A stretch of 27,111 nt of DNA from Ilumatobacteraceae bacterium (GTDB lineage: Bacteria > Actinomycetota > Acidimicrobiia > Acidimicrobiales > Ilumatobacteraceae). The stretch spans positions 1-27,111 of the forward strand of contig JBGTCW010000226.1 in NCBI GenBank assembly GCA_041748635.1. Direction: 5' to 3'. Positions within the stretch are counted from its first letter, which is position 1. The number at the start of each line of letters is the position of its first letter. Under the pieces are notes generated by a model. The model ran no database searches and was not told the DNA's origin. It worked only from the letters and a program-made list of their open reading frames with translations. Shown piece after piece: positions 17,418 to 24,711 of this stretch. The position numbers and the translations under genes were made by a program.

Positions 17418-17429
17418 GCACCAAAACCA

Positions 17430-17481
17430 CGTTCATGTTGCAGCTCGGATGGGCCGCCCCGTCCGAAGTGTCACGCGAACG
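17430..17481. repeat. 52-bp palindromic intergenic repeat, copy 2 (inverted relative to copy 1)
   Basis: CGTTCATGTTGCAGCTCGGATGGG-ccgc-CCCGTCCGAAGTGTCACGCGAACG; 40/52 identical to the reverse complement of copy 1 (manual count). Confidence 0.78.
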
Positions 17482-17498
17482 GATGCGCGCGCTGAGCG

Positions 17499-17535
17499 TA
17501 GGATTGCCGGGCTCACCCCTTCGCCCACGAGGAGC
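17499..17535 (+). promoter_or_regulatory. Putative -10 TAGGAT and SD (GAGGAG) of the DUF808 gene
   Basis: TAGGAT at 17499-17504; GAGGAG shortly before ATG 17539. Confidence 0.45.
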
Positions 17536-17538
17536 GCC

Positions 17539-18507
17539 ATGGCCAGCGGTCTCGCCGCACTACTCGATGACATTGCCGCCCTGGCGAAGCTTGCGGCCGC
17601 GTCGGTCGACGACGTCGGTGTCGCGGCTGGGCGGGCGAGTGTCAAGGCCGCCGGCGTCGTGGTCGACGACGCGGCGGTGACGCCCGCCTACGTGAGCGGG
17701 CTGGCCGCGGACCGCGAGTTGCCGATCATCCGCAGGATCGCGACAGGTTCGCTCCGCAACAAGATCCTGTTCATCCTGCCGGCGGCGCTGCTCCTGAGCA
17801 CCGTCGCTCCGGTCACGGTGGAGGTCATCTTGATGCTGGGCGGGACGTACCTGTGCTTCGAGGGTGCCGAGAAGGTCCGCCACCGCTTGGGTCGACACGA
17901 CGCCCACACCGACGAGCATGCGAACGGCGAGAGTGACCTGCCGGCCGTGATGCTCGGGCCGGAGGCCGAGGAGCACACGGTCAAGGGGGCGATCCGCACG
18001 GACTTCATCCTGTCGGCGGAGATCATGGTCATCGCGTTGAAAGAGGTGATCGACGAGGGGATCGTCCAGCGTGCGATCATCCTGGCGATCGTGGCGGTAC
18101 TGATCACCGCGGTGGTCTACGGCGTGGTGGCGCTCATCGTGAAGATGGACGACGTCGGGCTGCGCCTCACCCAGCGCGACGATCAGCGCTCGCAACGCCT
18201 CGGGCGGTCGTTGGTGATGGGCATGCCGAAGCTGCTCGCAGCGCTGTCGATCGTGGGAACTGCCGCGATGCTCTGGGTCGGCGGACACATCCTGCTCGTC
18301 GGTGCCGACGAACTCGGCTGGCACACGCCATACGACCTCGTTCACGACGTCGAACGCTGGGTCGCTGACGTCCCTGTGATGGGTGGGGTGTTCGCCTGGT
18401 CGGTGAACACGCTGATCTCTGCCCTCATCGGCTTCACCGTCGGCTCGATCGTGGTGACGATCGTGTCGAGGGTGCACCGTTACCGCTCGCACGCCACCGC
18501 GGCGTGA
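17539..18507 (+). CDS. DUF808 (YedI-like) inner membrane protein
   Basis: MASGLAALLDDIAALAK, AGVVVDDAAVTP, GSLRNKILFILP, KGAIRTDFILSAEIMVIAL and VYGVVALIVKMDDVGL. Confidence 0.88.
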   Translation: MASGLAALLDDIAALAKLAAASVDDVGVAAGRASVKAAGVVVDDAAVTPAYVSGLAADRELPIIRRIATGSLRNKILFILPAALLLSTVAPVTVEVILMLGGTYLCFEGAEKVRHRLGRHDAHTDEHANGESDLPAVMLGPEAEEHTVKGAIRTDFILSAEIMVIALKEVIDEGIVQRAIILAIVAVLITAVVYGVVALIVKMDDVGLRLTQRDDQRSQRLGRSLVMGMPKLLAALSIVGTAAMLWVGGHILLVGADELGWHTPYDLVHDVERWVADVPVMGGVFAWSVNTLISALIGFTVGSIVVTIVSRVHRYRSHATAA

Positions 18508-18547
18508 CCTCGAGCACCTCGATCGAGTCAGCTCACGGTGCCCGCTC

Positions 18548-18594
18548 TACCACAGTCTCAGGTGGAGTGGTACACTCATGCGATGAGTGGTACA
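18548..18594 (+). promoter_or_regulatory. vapBC promoter/operator: -10 TACACT embedded in inverted and direct repeats
   Basis: TACCAC-N13-GTGGTA (18548-18572); CACTCAT-gcg-ATGAGTG (18573-18589); GAGTGGTACA twice (18565, 18585). The -10 at 18571-18576 is 6 nt before the ATG. Confidence 0.6.
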
Positions 18595-18828
18595 TACTCG
18601 ACAACGATGGGAGACCGTGGGCGATTCGTCATGCCTGCCGAGTTGCGGTCCCGCGCAGGACTGACGGAGGGGACGCCGCTCGTGCTGCTCGACACGCCAG
18701 GCGGGGTGGTGGTGATGACCCGAGAACAGCTCCGGGCGCGCGTTCGCGAGGAACTCAGCGGGGTCGATCTCGTGGGCGAACTCCTGGCCGATCGGCGCCG
18801 AGCCGCAGCCGACGAGGACCACAGATGA
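18583..18828 (+). CDS. vapB: AbrB/MazE/SpoVT-family antitoxin (VapB)
   Basis: TTMGDRGRFVMPAELRSRAGLTEGTPL swapped-hairpin signature; ATGA overlap with the PIN toxin. Confidence 0.88.
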   Translation: MSGTYSTTMGDRGRFVMPAELRSRAGLTEGTPLVLLDTPGGVVVMTREQLRARVREELSGVDLVGELLADRRRAAADEDHR

Positions 18829-19193
18829 ACGTCGTCCTCGATGCGTCCGCCGTGCTTGCGTTCCTGCAGGACGAGCCGGGTGCATCCATCGTCGAGGCTT
18901 CACTCACGACCGGCGCAACGTGCAGTGCCGCAAACTGGTCGGAGGTCGCTCAGAAGGTTCGAGCTGCAGCCCGGGACTGGGATCTCGTCCGAGCGCTGCT
19001 CGTCAGCTATGACGTCCGCGTCGAACCCGTGACCGTGGATGATGCCGAGTGGGCGGCTGGTCGCTGGCGCTCTGGAGAGGGCTTGTCGCTCGCCGACCGG
19101 CTCTGCCTCGCTCTCGCCGAGCGGGTTGACGCCGAGGTCCTCACCGCCGACACGACGTGGGGAGCAGCGGGCCGCGTCCGTCAGATCCGCTGA
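18825..19193 (+). CDS. vapC: PIN-domain ribonuclease toxin (VapC)
   Basis: VVLDASAVLA, NWSEV, LSLADRLCLALA and VLTAD: the four acidic PIN residues are present; 122 aa. Confidence 0.92.
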   Translation: MNVVLDASAVLAFLQDEPGASIVEASLTTGATCSAANWSEVAQKVRAAARDWDLVRALLVSYDVRVEPVTVDDAEWAAGRWRSGEGLSLADRLCLALAERVDAEVLTADTTWGAAGRVRQIR

Positions 19194-20019
19194 TCAAATT
19201 GCCGCTGTGCCGAGGCCGGTGGCGTCGAACCAGTCGAGGAAGCGGTCGATCCACGTGTCCGACGGCAGACCACGGATGCGCATCCCGAATCCGTGACCGC
19301 CGCGCGCATACATGTGCAGCTCCACCGGCAGGTGGCCGGCCCGCCAAGTTTCGTACAGCGTGATCGAGTCGGCAGCGAGGCCGAGTTCGTCGTCGGTCGC
19401 CGCGGCGACGAACATCGGTCCGGAGCCCTCGGGTGGGCCAGCGAGTTCGACACCCCGCAGGGTGGCGTAGATCGGAGCGAGGAAGTCGGGTCGCGCGGCT
19501 GGATCGGTTGTGGGCGACCCGTACCGCGACGTTCCCTCCGGCCGAGAACCCCATGAAGCCGACGCGTCGAGCGTCGACACCGAACTCGTCGGCTCGGGCA
19601 CGAACGAGTTTCATCGCTGCTTCGGCGTCAGCGGTGGCAAGTGGTGCGACGCCCAGCATGTCGTCGAGCATCGCCCCGAGGTCAACGGACGCCTTCCGGA
19701 CCATCTCGGCGTCAGCGGTGTCGGCGCACGGGACGAGGCGGTAGACGAGCACGAAGGCGGCGATGCCGCGCTCGGCGAGTCGTTCGGCGACCTGCAGCCC
19801 CTCGCTCTGGATCGACAGGACGTGATAGCCACCGCCTGGCGCAATGACAACCGCCGCACCGTTGCCCGCTCCGGCTGCGGGGAGCACCGGAATCAGCGAC
19901 GGCGCGACGACGTTGGTGATCACCTCGGTGTCGAGCAACTCGCTGAAGTACCGCTGCTCGACGTGGGTCCAGGCCTCACTTCCGGGCGCGGGTCCGTCGA
20001 ACAGCTGGATCGCTTCCAT
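19194..20019 (-). pseudogene. Alpha/beta hydrolase (esterase) split by a single-base frameshift near 19512-19514
   Basis: The first frame has VVIAPGGGY and the nucleophile motif GFSAGG. The second frame continues RPDFLAPIY, AATDD and GGHGFG (Asp, His). Removing one C of the minus-strand CCC restores VATTDPAARPDF. It could be a sequencing error. Confidence 0.8.
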
Positions 20020-20054
20020 GTCGCGAAGTCTGCCGTACCGGCTTCACCGGCTGG

Positions 20055-20897
20055 CTACTCGTAGAGGCAGATGGCGCGCAACTCGATGCTCGACCGCGCC
20101 GGGTTGCCGATCTCGACGTCGGGATCACGGAACGCAGAGTGCGGTGTGAACCACGTCTCGCCGCGCTCGACGAGGTCCGTGTCGTAGGTGCGGAAAGCGA
20201 CGACCTCGTCGGGGCGAAGCTCGGGGAAGGCGAACCAGTGGTACTGCCCGGGCTCGGCTGGCCCGAGCACGGCGACGGCCTCGAAGTCGACCCCGGAGCC
20301 TGCGTAGTCAGAGACCGGAATCGGGCGGGCATCGGCGGGCGTGACGGTGCGGGCGTCACAGAATCCCAGCGGGAAGTCCATCTTGGGTGGGCCGAGGTTC
20401 CGCCAGAACTGCAGGATGACGAGCCTCGACGCCCGCGTGACGTCGTCGGGGGTCACGCCGTTGCGTTCCAGCGATCGGGCCGACCCCGGACGATCGGGCA
20501 GATCGTACGATCGTCGCACGAGGTCGTCGTAGCCGATGGCGAAGTCGGAATGCACGAACGCGATCGGCGCCAGGTCCTGGTGTCGCTGCGCATGCTCGGG
20601 CCCTCGCTTGATGTGGTTCGACACCAGCGCCACATCGCATCCGGTCAGCTGACGGGCGAGATCCTCCATCTCACGATGGTGGACCGCAGCCAGCTCGTCG
20701 TCGTCACCCCAGCTCGACACCGCCGACGTGTGCGCCACGAGTTCGAAGCCACACTCGTCCCAGCCGGGCAGGTCGATCCGTCGCCCGTCGAGGATGTCGA
20801 CCTCCTCCGGACGCGCTTCGAACTCGCCGCTGCGGGCGGCGAAGTTGAGCGTCGCGCGACAGAACACGTCGTCAGGATTCCAACCCCGTTCGTCCAT
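20055..20897 (-). CDS. CmcJ/NvfI family Fe(II)-dependent oxygenase-like protein
   Basis: GFELVAH, FVHSDF (HxD), LQFWRN, PLGFCDARTV, FTPHSAF and RSSIELR. TAGCGT (20904-20909) lies 6 nt before the ATG. Confidence 0.82.
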   Translation of the reverse strand: MDERGWNPDDVFCRATLNFAARSGEFEARPEEVDILDGRRIDLPGWDECGFELVAHTSAVSSWGDDDELAAVHHREMEDLARQLTGCDVALVSNHIKRGPEHAQRHQDLAPIAFVHSDFAIGYDDLVRRSYDLPDRPGSARSLERNGVTPDDVTRASRLVILQFWRNLGPPKMDFPLGFCDARTVTPADARPIPVSDYAGSGVDFEAVAVLGPAEPGQYHWFAFPELRPDEVVAFRTYDTDLVERGETWFTPHSAFRDPDVEIGNPARSSIELRAICLYE

Positions 20898-20961
20898 GCC
20901 GTCACGCTACGCCGATGACCAGGGCGCGAACGAACGACGTGCGCATCCCGGCAGCATCGAC

Positions 20962-21921
20962 TCAGCGGTCGTACCCCGGTGCCGGCTCGCTCAGCTTGAA
21001 CGTGACGCCCTGGTCGTCCTCGCAGATGGCCTCACGCCCCGAATCGTGAGCGTTCAACTCCACGACCGTGCCGCCGGCCACGCGCACCCGCTCGACGGCC
21101 TCGTCGAAGTCGCGCACGGCGAACCACATCTCGATCTCGCCGGGCTCGGTGTTGCCGAACGGGTTCTCGGTGGCACGCAGACCGATCGGCATCTCGGTAT
21201 TGGTGACGTGGTGGCCACCATTGCCCTGCGCCTGGAACTCCCAGCCGAGCACGGCGCCGTAGAACGCTGCGCCGCGCTCGACGTCGGCCGTCGTGAGCGT
21301 CATGTAGTATGGCTCAGAGGGGGCTCGACGCGCTGCGATCTGCGCGGCGTCATGGACCGGCGTTCCGACGTTCCAGCGATGGCCGAACGGGTCGACGATC
21401 CACGCACTGCGCGAGCCGTGCGCCTCCTCGATCGGGCGCTGAACCACGGCACCACCTCGCACGGCCCGATCGACGAACTGCTCGACCGCAGCCACCTGCA
21501 GCACGATGCTGACCGAGCTCCGCGAACCGTCGCGGGTGGGCGCCACGACACCGAGCTGTGGCGCCTCGTCGCTGAGGTAGAACACCGCGCCCGACACGTC
21601 GAGTTCCGCGTGTCCGACGCTCCCCTCCCACGGGATGACATTGCTGACGCTGGCGCCGAAGTGGTCTCGGTACCAGTCGAGAGCGGCGTTGGCGTCGTGT
21701 ACGCAGACGTACGGGGTGATGACCTGGTTCACGGTGGTGCTCCTGTCCGGGTGGTGATCGGTGGCGGCCAGTTGGATGTCGGGCAGGTCGATGGTGACGC
21801 GTTCGGGTTCGACACCGAGGGCGCGCTGCACCCGTGCCCGCAACCGAGCTGCGAACAGTGGGTCGACGGCGTCCGTGGTCATCGGGGTCAGCCGGTCGAA
21901 GGGGTCGACGAAGTCGGTCAC
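20962..21921 (-). CDS. Tandem VOC/glyoxalase-fold protein with N-terminal extension
   Basis: Domain 1: ITPYVCVHDANAALDWY...IVDPFGHRW (PhnB-like). Domain 2: LTTADVERGAAFYGAVLGW...EDDQGVTF. It has a ~60-aa N-terminal extension, and its GTG overlaps the ECF stop. Confidence 0.88.
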   Translation of the reverse strand: MTDFVDPFDRLTPMTTDAVDPLFAARLRARVQRALGVEPERVTIDLPDIQLAATDHHPDRSTTVNQVITPYVCVHDANAALDWYRDHFGASVSNVIPWEGSVGHAELDVSGAVFYLSDEAPQLGVVAPTRDGSRSSVSIVLQVAAVEQFVDRAVRGGAVVQRPIEEAHGSRSAWIVDPFGHRWNVGTPVHDAAQIAARRAPSEPYYMTLTTADVERGAAFYGAVLGWEFQAQGNGGHHVTNTEMPIGLRATENPFGNTEPGEIEMWFAVRDFDEAVERVRVAGGTVVELNAHDSGREAICEDDQGVTFKLSEPAPGYDR

Positions 21922-22451
21922 GACACACCTCCGTGCTGTCGTTCGTACACGGTTCGAAAGCGTCGCCGCGCCCGGACCAGGAGTGTCTCGGTCGCCTCAA
22001 CGGTGCGACCGAGATGCGCCGCGACGTCCGGCACCGGCAGCCCGTCGAAGTAGCGCAGGGCGAGTGCCGAACGGTGGTGGGGACCGAGTTCGGCCATCAC
22101 GTCGCCGACGAGGTGTTGGTCGATGACGGCGTCCCACACGTCGTCGACGTCGGCGGAGGCTTCCCTTGCGTCGTCGTCGAGGCGACCAGCGCTCGGTCGG
22201 CGCGCCGATCGTCGCCACTCGTCGATCAGTTTGTGGCGGGCGATCCCGATCAGCCAGGCCACAGTGACCTCGTCGACTCGTCCGCGGCGGATCTGCGCAA
22301 CGGCGGCGAGGAAGGTGTCAGCAGTCAGATCCTCCGCCTGGGCACGCTGTCCGCAGCGGGCGTGCAGGTACCGGAACACGTCACCGACGGCGACATCGTA
22401 GATCGCCAACAACGTCGCGCCGTGGTCGACCGAAGGTGCACTGGAACCCAT
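21918..22451 (-). CDS. ECF-type RNA polymerase sigma-70 factor
   Basis: Region 2: VFRYLHARCGQRAQAEDLTADTFL and AWLIGIARHKLIDEWRR. Region 4: LALRYFDGLPVPDVAAHLGRTVEATETLLVRARRRF. 177 aa, start 22451 (or GTG 22454). Confidence 0.92.
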   Translation of the reverse strand: MGSSAPSVDHGATLLAIYDVAVGDVFRYLHARCGQRAQAEDLTADTFLAAVAQIRRGRVDEVTVAWLIGIARHKLIDEWRRSARRPSAGRLDDDAREASADVDDVWDAVIDQHLVGDVMAELGPHHRSALALRYFDGLPVPDVAAHLGRTVEATETLLVRARRRFRTVYERQHGGVS

Positions 22452-22485
22452 CACCTCATCATCGTCCTCGGGCCCCGATCTCCGA

Positions 22486-22520
22486 CACCCCGAATCACCC
22501 CGGACACCCCTGCCCACCCC
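22486..22520 (-). repeat. Four GGGGTG units at 10/9/10-bp spacing; G-quadruplex-forming motif
   Basis: Minus strand GGGG-TGGGCA-GGGG-TGTCC-GGGG-TGATTC-GGGG-TG, 35-69 nt upstream of the ECF start. Confidence 0.7.
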
Positions 22521-22571
22521 GTTCGTGTGCGGATTCGGATGACCCGACCCATCCAGAATGCAACGCGAACG
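22520..22571. repeat. 52-bp palindromic intergenic repeat, copy 3
   Basis: CGTTCGTGTGCGGATTCGGATG-acccgacc-CATCCAGAATGCAACGCGAACG; 38/52 identical to copy 1 (manual count), same length and same termini. Confidence 0.7.
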
Positions 22572-22597
22572 TGGGTTGGGCGGTGACTTCGGGCGCT

Positions 22598-22623
22598 CGA
22601 CGGTGCTTTTCGCGCCGCGTTCC
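22598..22623 (-). promoter_or_regulatory. Putative ECF-type promoter GGAAC-N16-CGTCG facing the ECF gene
   Basis: Minus strand GGAAC (22623-22619), a 16-nt spacer, then CGTCG (22602-22598); a typical actinobacterial ECF -35/-10 pattern. Confidence 0.45.
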
Positions 22624-22637
22624 GGCAGCGTTGGAGC

Positions 22638-23864
22638 GTGAGTTCGCAACGAGTCGACATCGCCGTGATCGGCGCCGGTCCAGCGGGCGCGGCCACTGCG
22701 ATCCAGGCCGCCCGGTCGGGAGCGAACGTGGTGGTGTTCGAGAAGGGCGCCCACGGACGCGACAAGGTGTGTGGCGACGGCCTCACACCACGAGCGGTCG
22801 GCGCGTTGAATGAATTGAAGATCCCACTCGACGACGCCCATCTCATCCGCGGCTTGCGGATGATCGCCGGCAAACAGGTCCGTGAGCTCGACTGGCCGAC
22901 GACCGACCGGTTCCCGAACCACGGAGCGGTCTGGCCTCGTCGTCGTCTCGACGCAGCGTTGATGGACGCCGCCGTCGAAGCGGGCGCCGAGATCGTCTAC
23001 GAGACCGAGGCGACCCCGGTGTTCGGCGACGACGGCCGCGTGACCGGCGTCGAGGCCAACGGCAATCGATTCGACGCAGGCCTGACCGTGATCGCCGCCG
23101 GTGCACAGGGTGCGGTGGCCCGCAAGCTCGGCGCCGACCGCGTTCCCGACGAACCGTTCGGTCTGGCGATCCGTACCTATGCGGCGACATCTCGTCACAC
23201 CGACAGCCACCTCGAGGCATGTCTGTCGTTGAAGGACGAGAACGGCGTTGCGATCCCCGGCTACGGCTGGATGTTCCCTGCGGGCGACGGCACGGTGAAC
23301 ATCGGAGTCGGCGCGCTGTCGACCATGAAGGGGTTCAAGAAGCTGAACCTCAACACGTTGCTCGAGTCGTACCGCCACCTGGTGCAGGACGACTGGGATC
23401 TCGGCCCGAACATCGAGCGTCCGCGGGCGTGGCGCCTGCCGATGTCGACCCAACGCCGCCACGGTCCGGGCTGGGTGGCGATCGGCGACGCGGCCGGCCT
23501 CGTCAACCCGATGAACGGAGAGGGCATCGACTACGGCCTCGAATCGGGCATGCTCGCCGCCGACCTGTTCCTCGCCGACCCGGCGACGGCTCCGGTTCGC
23601 TACGACGAACTGGTCGGCGAACGCTTCGACGCCTTCTTGCGGACCGGTCGACGCTTCTCGTTCCTGATCGGGCACCCGTGGATCCTCAAGCCCGGCCTGC
23701 GGCTGTCGGTGAGCACCGATGCGATCGCCAACATCACCCTTGCCGTGATGGGCAACCTCGTCGACAACACCACCCCCGGCGCCGCCGGCCGGGTGCTCTC
23801 GATCGCCGACAAGGCACTCGGCCTCGCCGATCCGATCCTCCGCAAGACCCGCGCCGCCGCCTGA
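22638..23864 (+). CDS. Geranylgeranyl reductase family FAD oxidoreductase, MenJ (menaquinone reductase)-like
   Basis: VIGAGPAG, RDKVCGDGLTPRAV, GYGWMFP and IGDAAGLVNPMNGEGIDYGLESG. CAGCGT (22626-22631) lies 6 nt before the GTG. Confidence 0.88.
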   Translation: MSSQRVDIAVIGAGPAGAATAIQAARSGANVVVFEKGAHGRDKVCGDGLTPRAVGALNELKIPLDDAHLIRGLRMIAGKQVRELDWPTTDRFPNHGAVWPRRRLDAALMDAAVEAGAEIVYETEATPVFGDDGRVTGVEANGNRFDAGLTVIAAGAQGAVARKLGADRVPDEPFGLAIRTYAATSRHTDSHLEACLSLKDENGVAIPGYGWMFPAGDGTVNIGVGALSTMKGFKKLNLNTLLESYRHLVQDDWDLGPNIERPRAWRLPMSTQRRHGPGWVAIGDAAGLVNPMNGEGIDYGLESGMLAADLFLADPATAPVRYDELVGERFDAFLRTGRRFSFLIGHPWILKPGLRLSVSTDAIANITLAVMGNLVDNTTPGAAGRVLSIADKALGLADPILRKTRAAA

Positions 23865-23880
23865 CCCGGCCCTCCGGCGA

Positions 23881-23922
23881 GCGATGAGCCACGCATGCGT
23901 ATACGCAGGTCTCGCTCATCGC
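23881..23922. terminator. Hairpin between convergent genes, probable bidirectional terminator
   Basis: GCGATGAGC / GCTCATCGC 9-bp arms enclosing the perfect palindrome TGCGTATACGCA (23896-23907). Confidence 0.6.
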
Positions 23923-23949
23923 AGGAGCCGCGACCAGCTGGGGAAAGTG

Positions 23950-24711
23950 TCAGTCGATGTCCTGGTTGGACAGGCGCCAGGACGCGATCGCGACGGCGAC
24001 CACAGCGACGACGAGCGGGACGATCACGGCGGTGGCGAGCGTGAAGTCGGCGAGATCGAGGTCGGCGCCGGTGCGATCGACGAGGATCGAGCGGCTGTAC
24101 TTGCGCAACGCGATCCTGGCCACCCCAGCGCCGGCCTGCGCGATGAACCCCTCCCAGATCAGGATGTAGGCGAGCCCCCACACGATGAAGCGCTTCAGCC
24201 ACACACCGAACAGCGTGAACACGCCGACATAGCCGACGAGGCCGACCAACGTGGCGAGCAGCGTCCCCGCGACGATTCCGTTGCCCGCCCCGGTGAGGAT
24301 CGCCGCAGCGACGATCGGCACCACCGTGATCGGCGCCACCAGCGTGGCGGCGGCGAGCGCGGCGCCGACGACGAGGGGCCAACGGTCCATCGGTCGCAGC
24401 CACAGGTACACGAGCGTCTTGTCATCGCGCAGGTCGCCGATGGCGGCGCCGGCGAACACGAGCGACACCACCGGAAGCACCACCGCCAACCCGACGCTGG
24501 CGATCAGCCGCACCGAGTCGTCGAGTGATGCGTCCGCGCTGCCCAGAGCGAACCCCGAGATCGGCGCGACCAGCGCGAGGAGGCAGAGCCCGATGATGCG
24601 CGAGCGGCTCGTCAGCTGCCGCAGCACCACGCGATACGACAGCGCCACGGCCACGCCGGGAGCGACATGGCGAGACGACTTGCGTCGGTCGGGTTGCGCA
24701 GCGACGCTCAT
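23950..24711 (-). CDS. ABC exporter permease (ABC-2 type)
   Basis: About 6 TMs and AAIGDLRDDKTLVYLWLRPM; ATGA-coupled to the upstream ATPase. Confidence 0.88.
   Translation of the reverse strand: MSVAAQPDRRKSSRHVAPGVAVALSYRVVLRQLTSRSRIIGLCLLALVAPISGFALGSADASLDDSVRLIASVGLAVVLPVVSLVFAGAAIGDLRDDKTLVYLWLRPMDRWPLVVGAALAAATLVAPITVVPIVAAAILTGAGNGIVAGTLLATLVGLVGYVGVFTLFGVWLKRFIVWGLAYILIWEGFIAQAGAGVARIALRKYSRSILVDRTGADLDLADFTLATAVIVPLVVAVVAVAIASWRLSNQDID

Noticed and set aside
18508-19193. vapBC as part of a mobile element
   Set aside because: No transposase, integrase, terminal repeats or target duplication are visible, and no obvious composition shift.
5753-22571. The three 52-bp palindromes as a CRISPR array
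   Set aside because: They are kilobases apart, in mixed orientation and divergent, with no spacers and no cas genes.
22452-23675. Apparent 400-aa N-terminal extension of the ECF sigma (ORF 21918..23675)
   Set aside because: It is the antisense shadow of the GG reductase plus intergenic repeats; sigma homology starts only near 22451.
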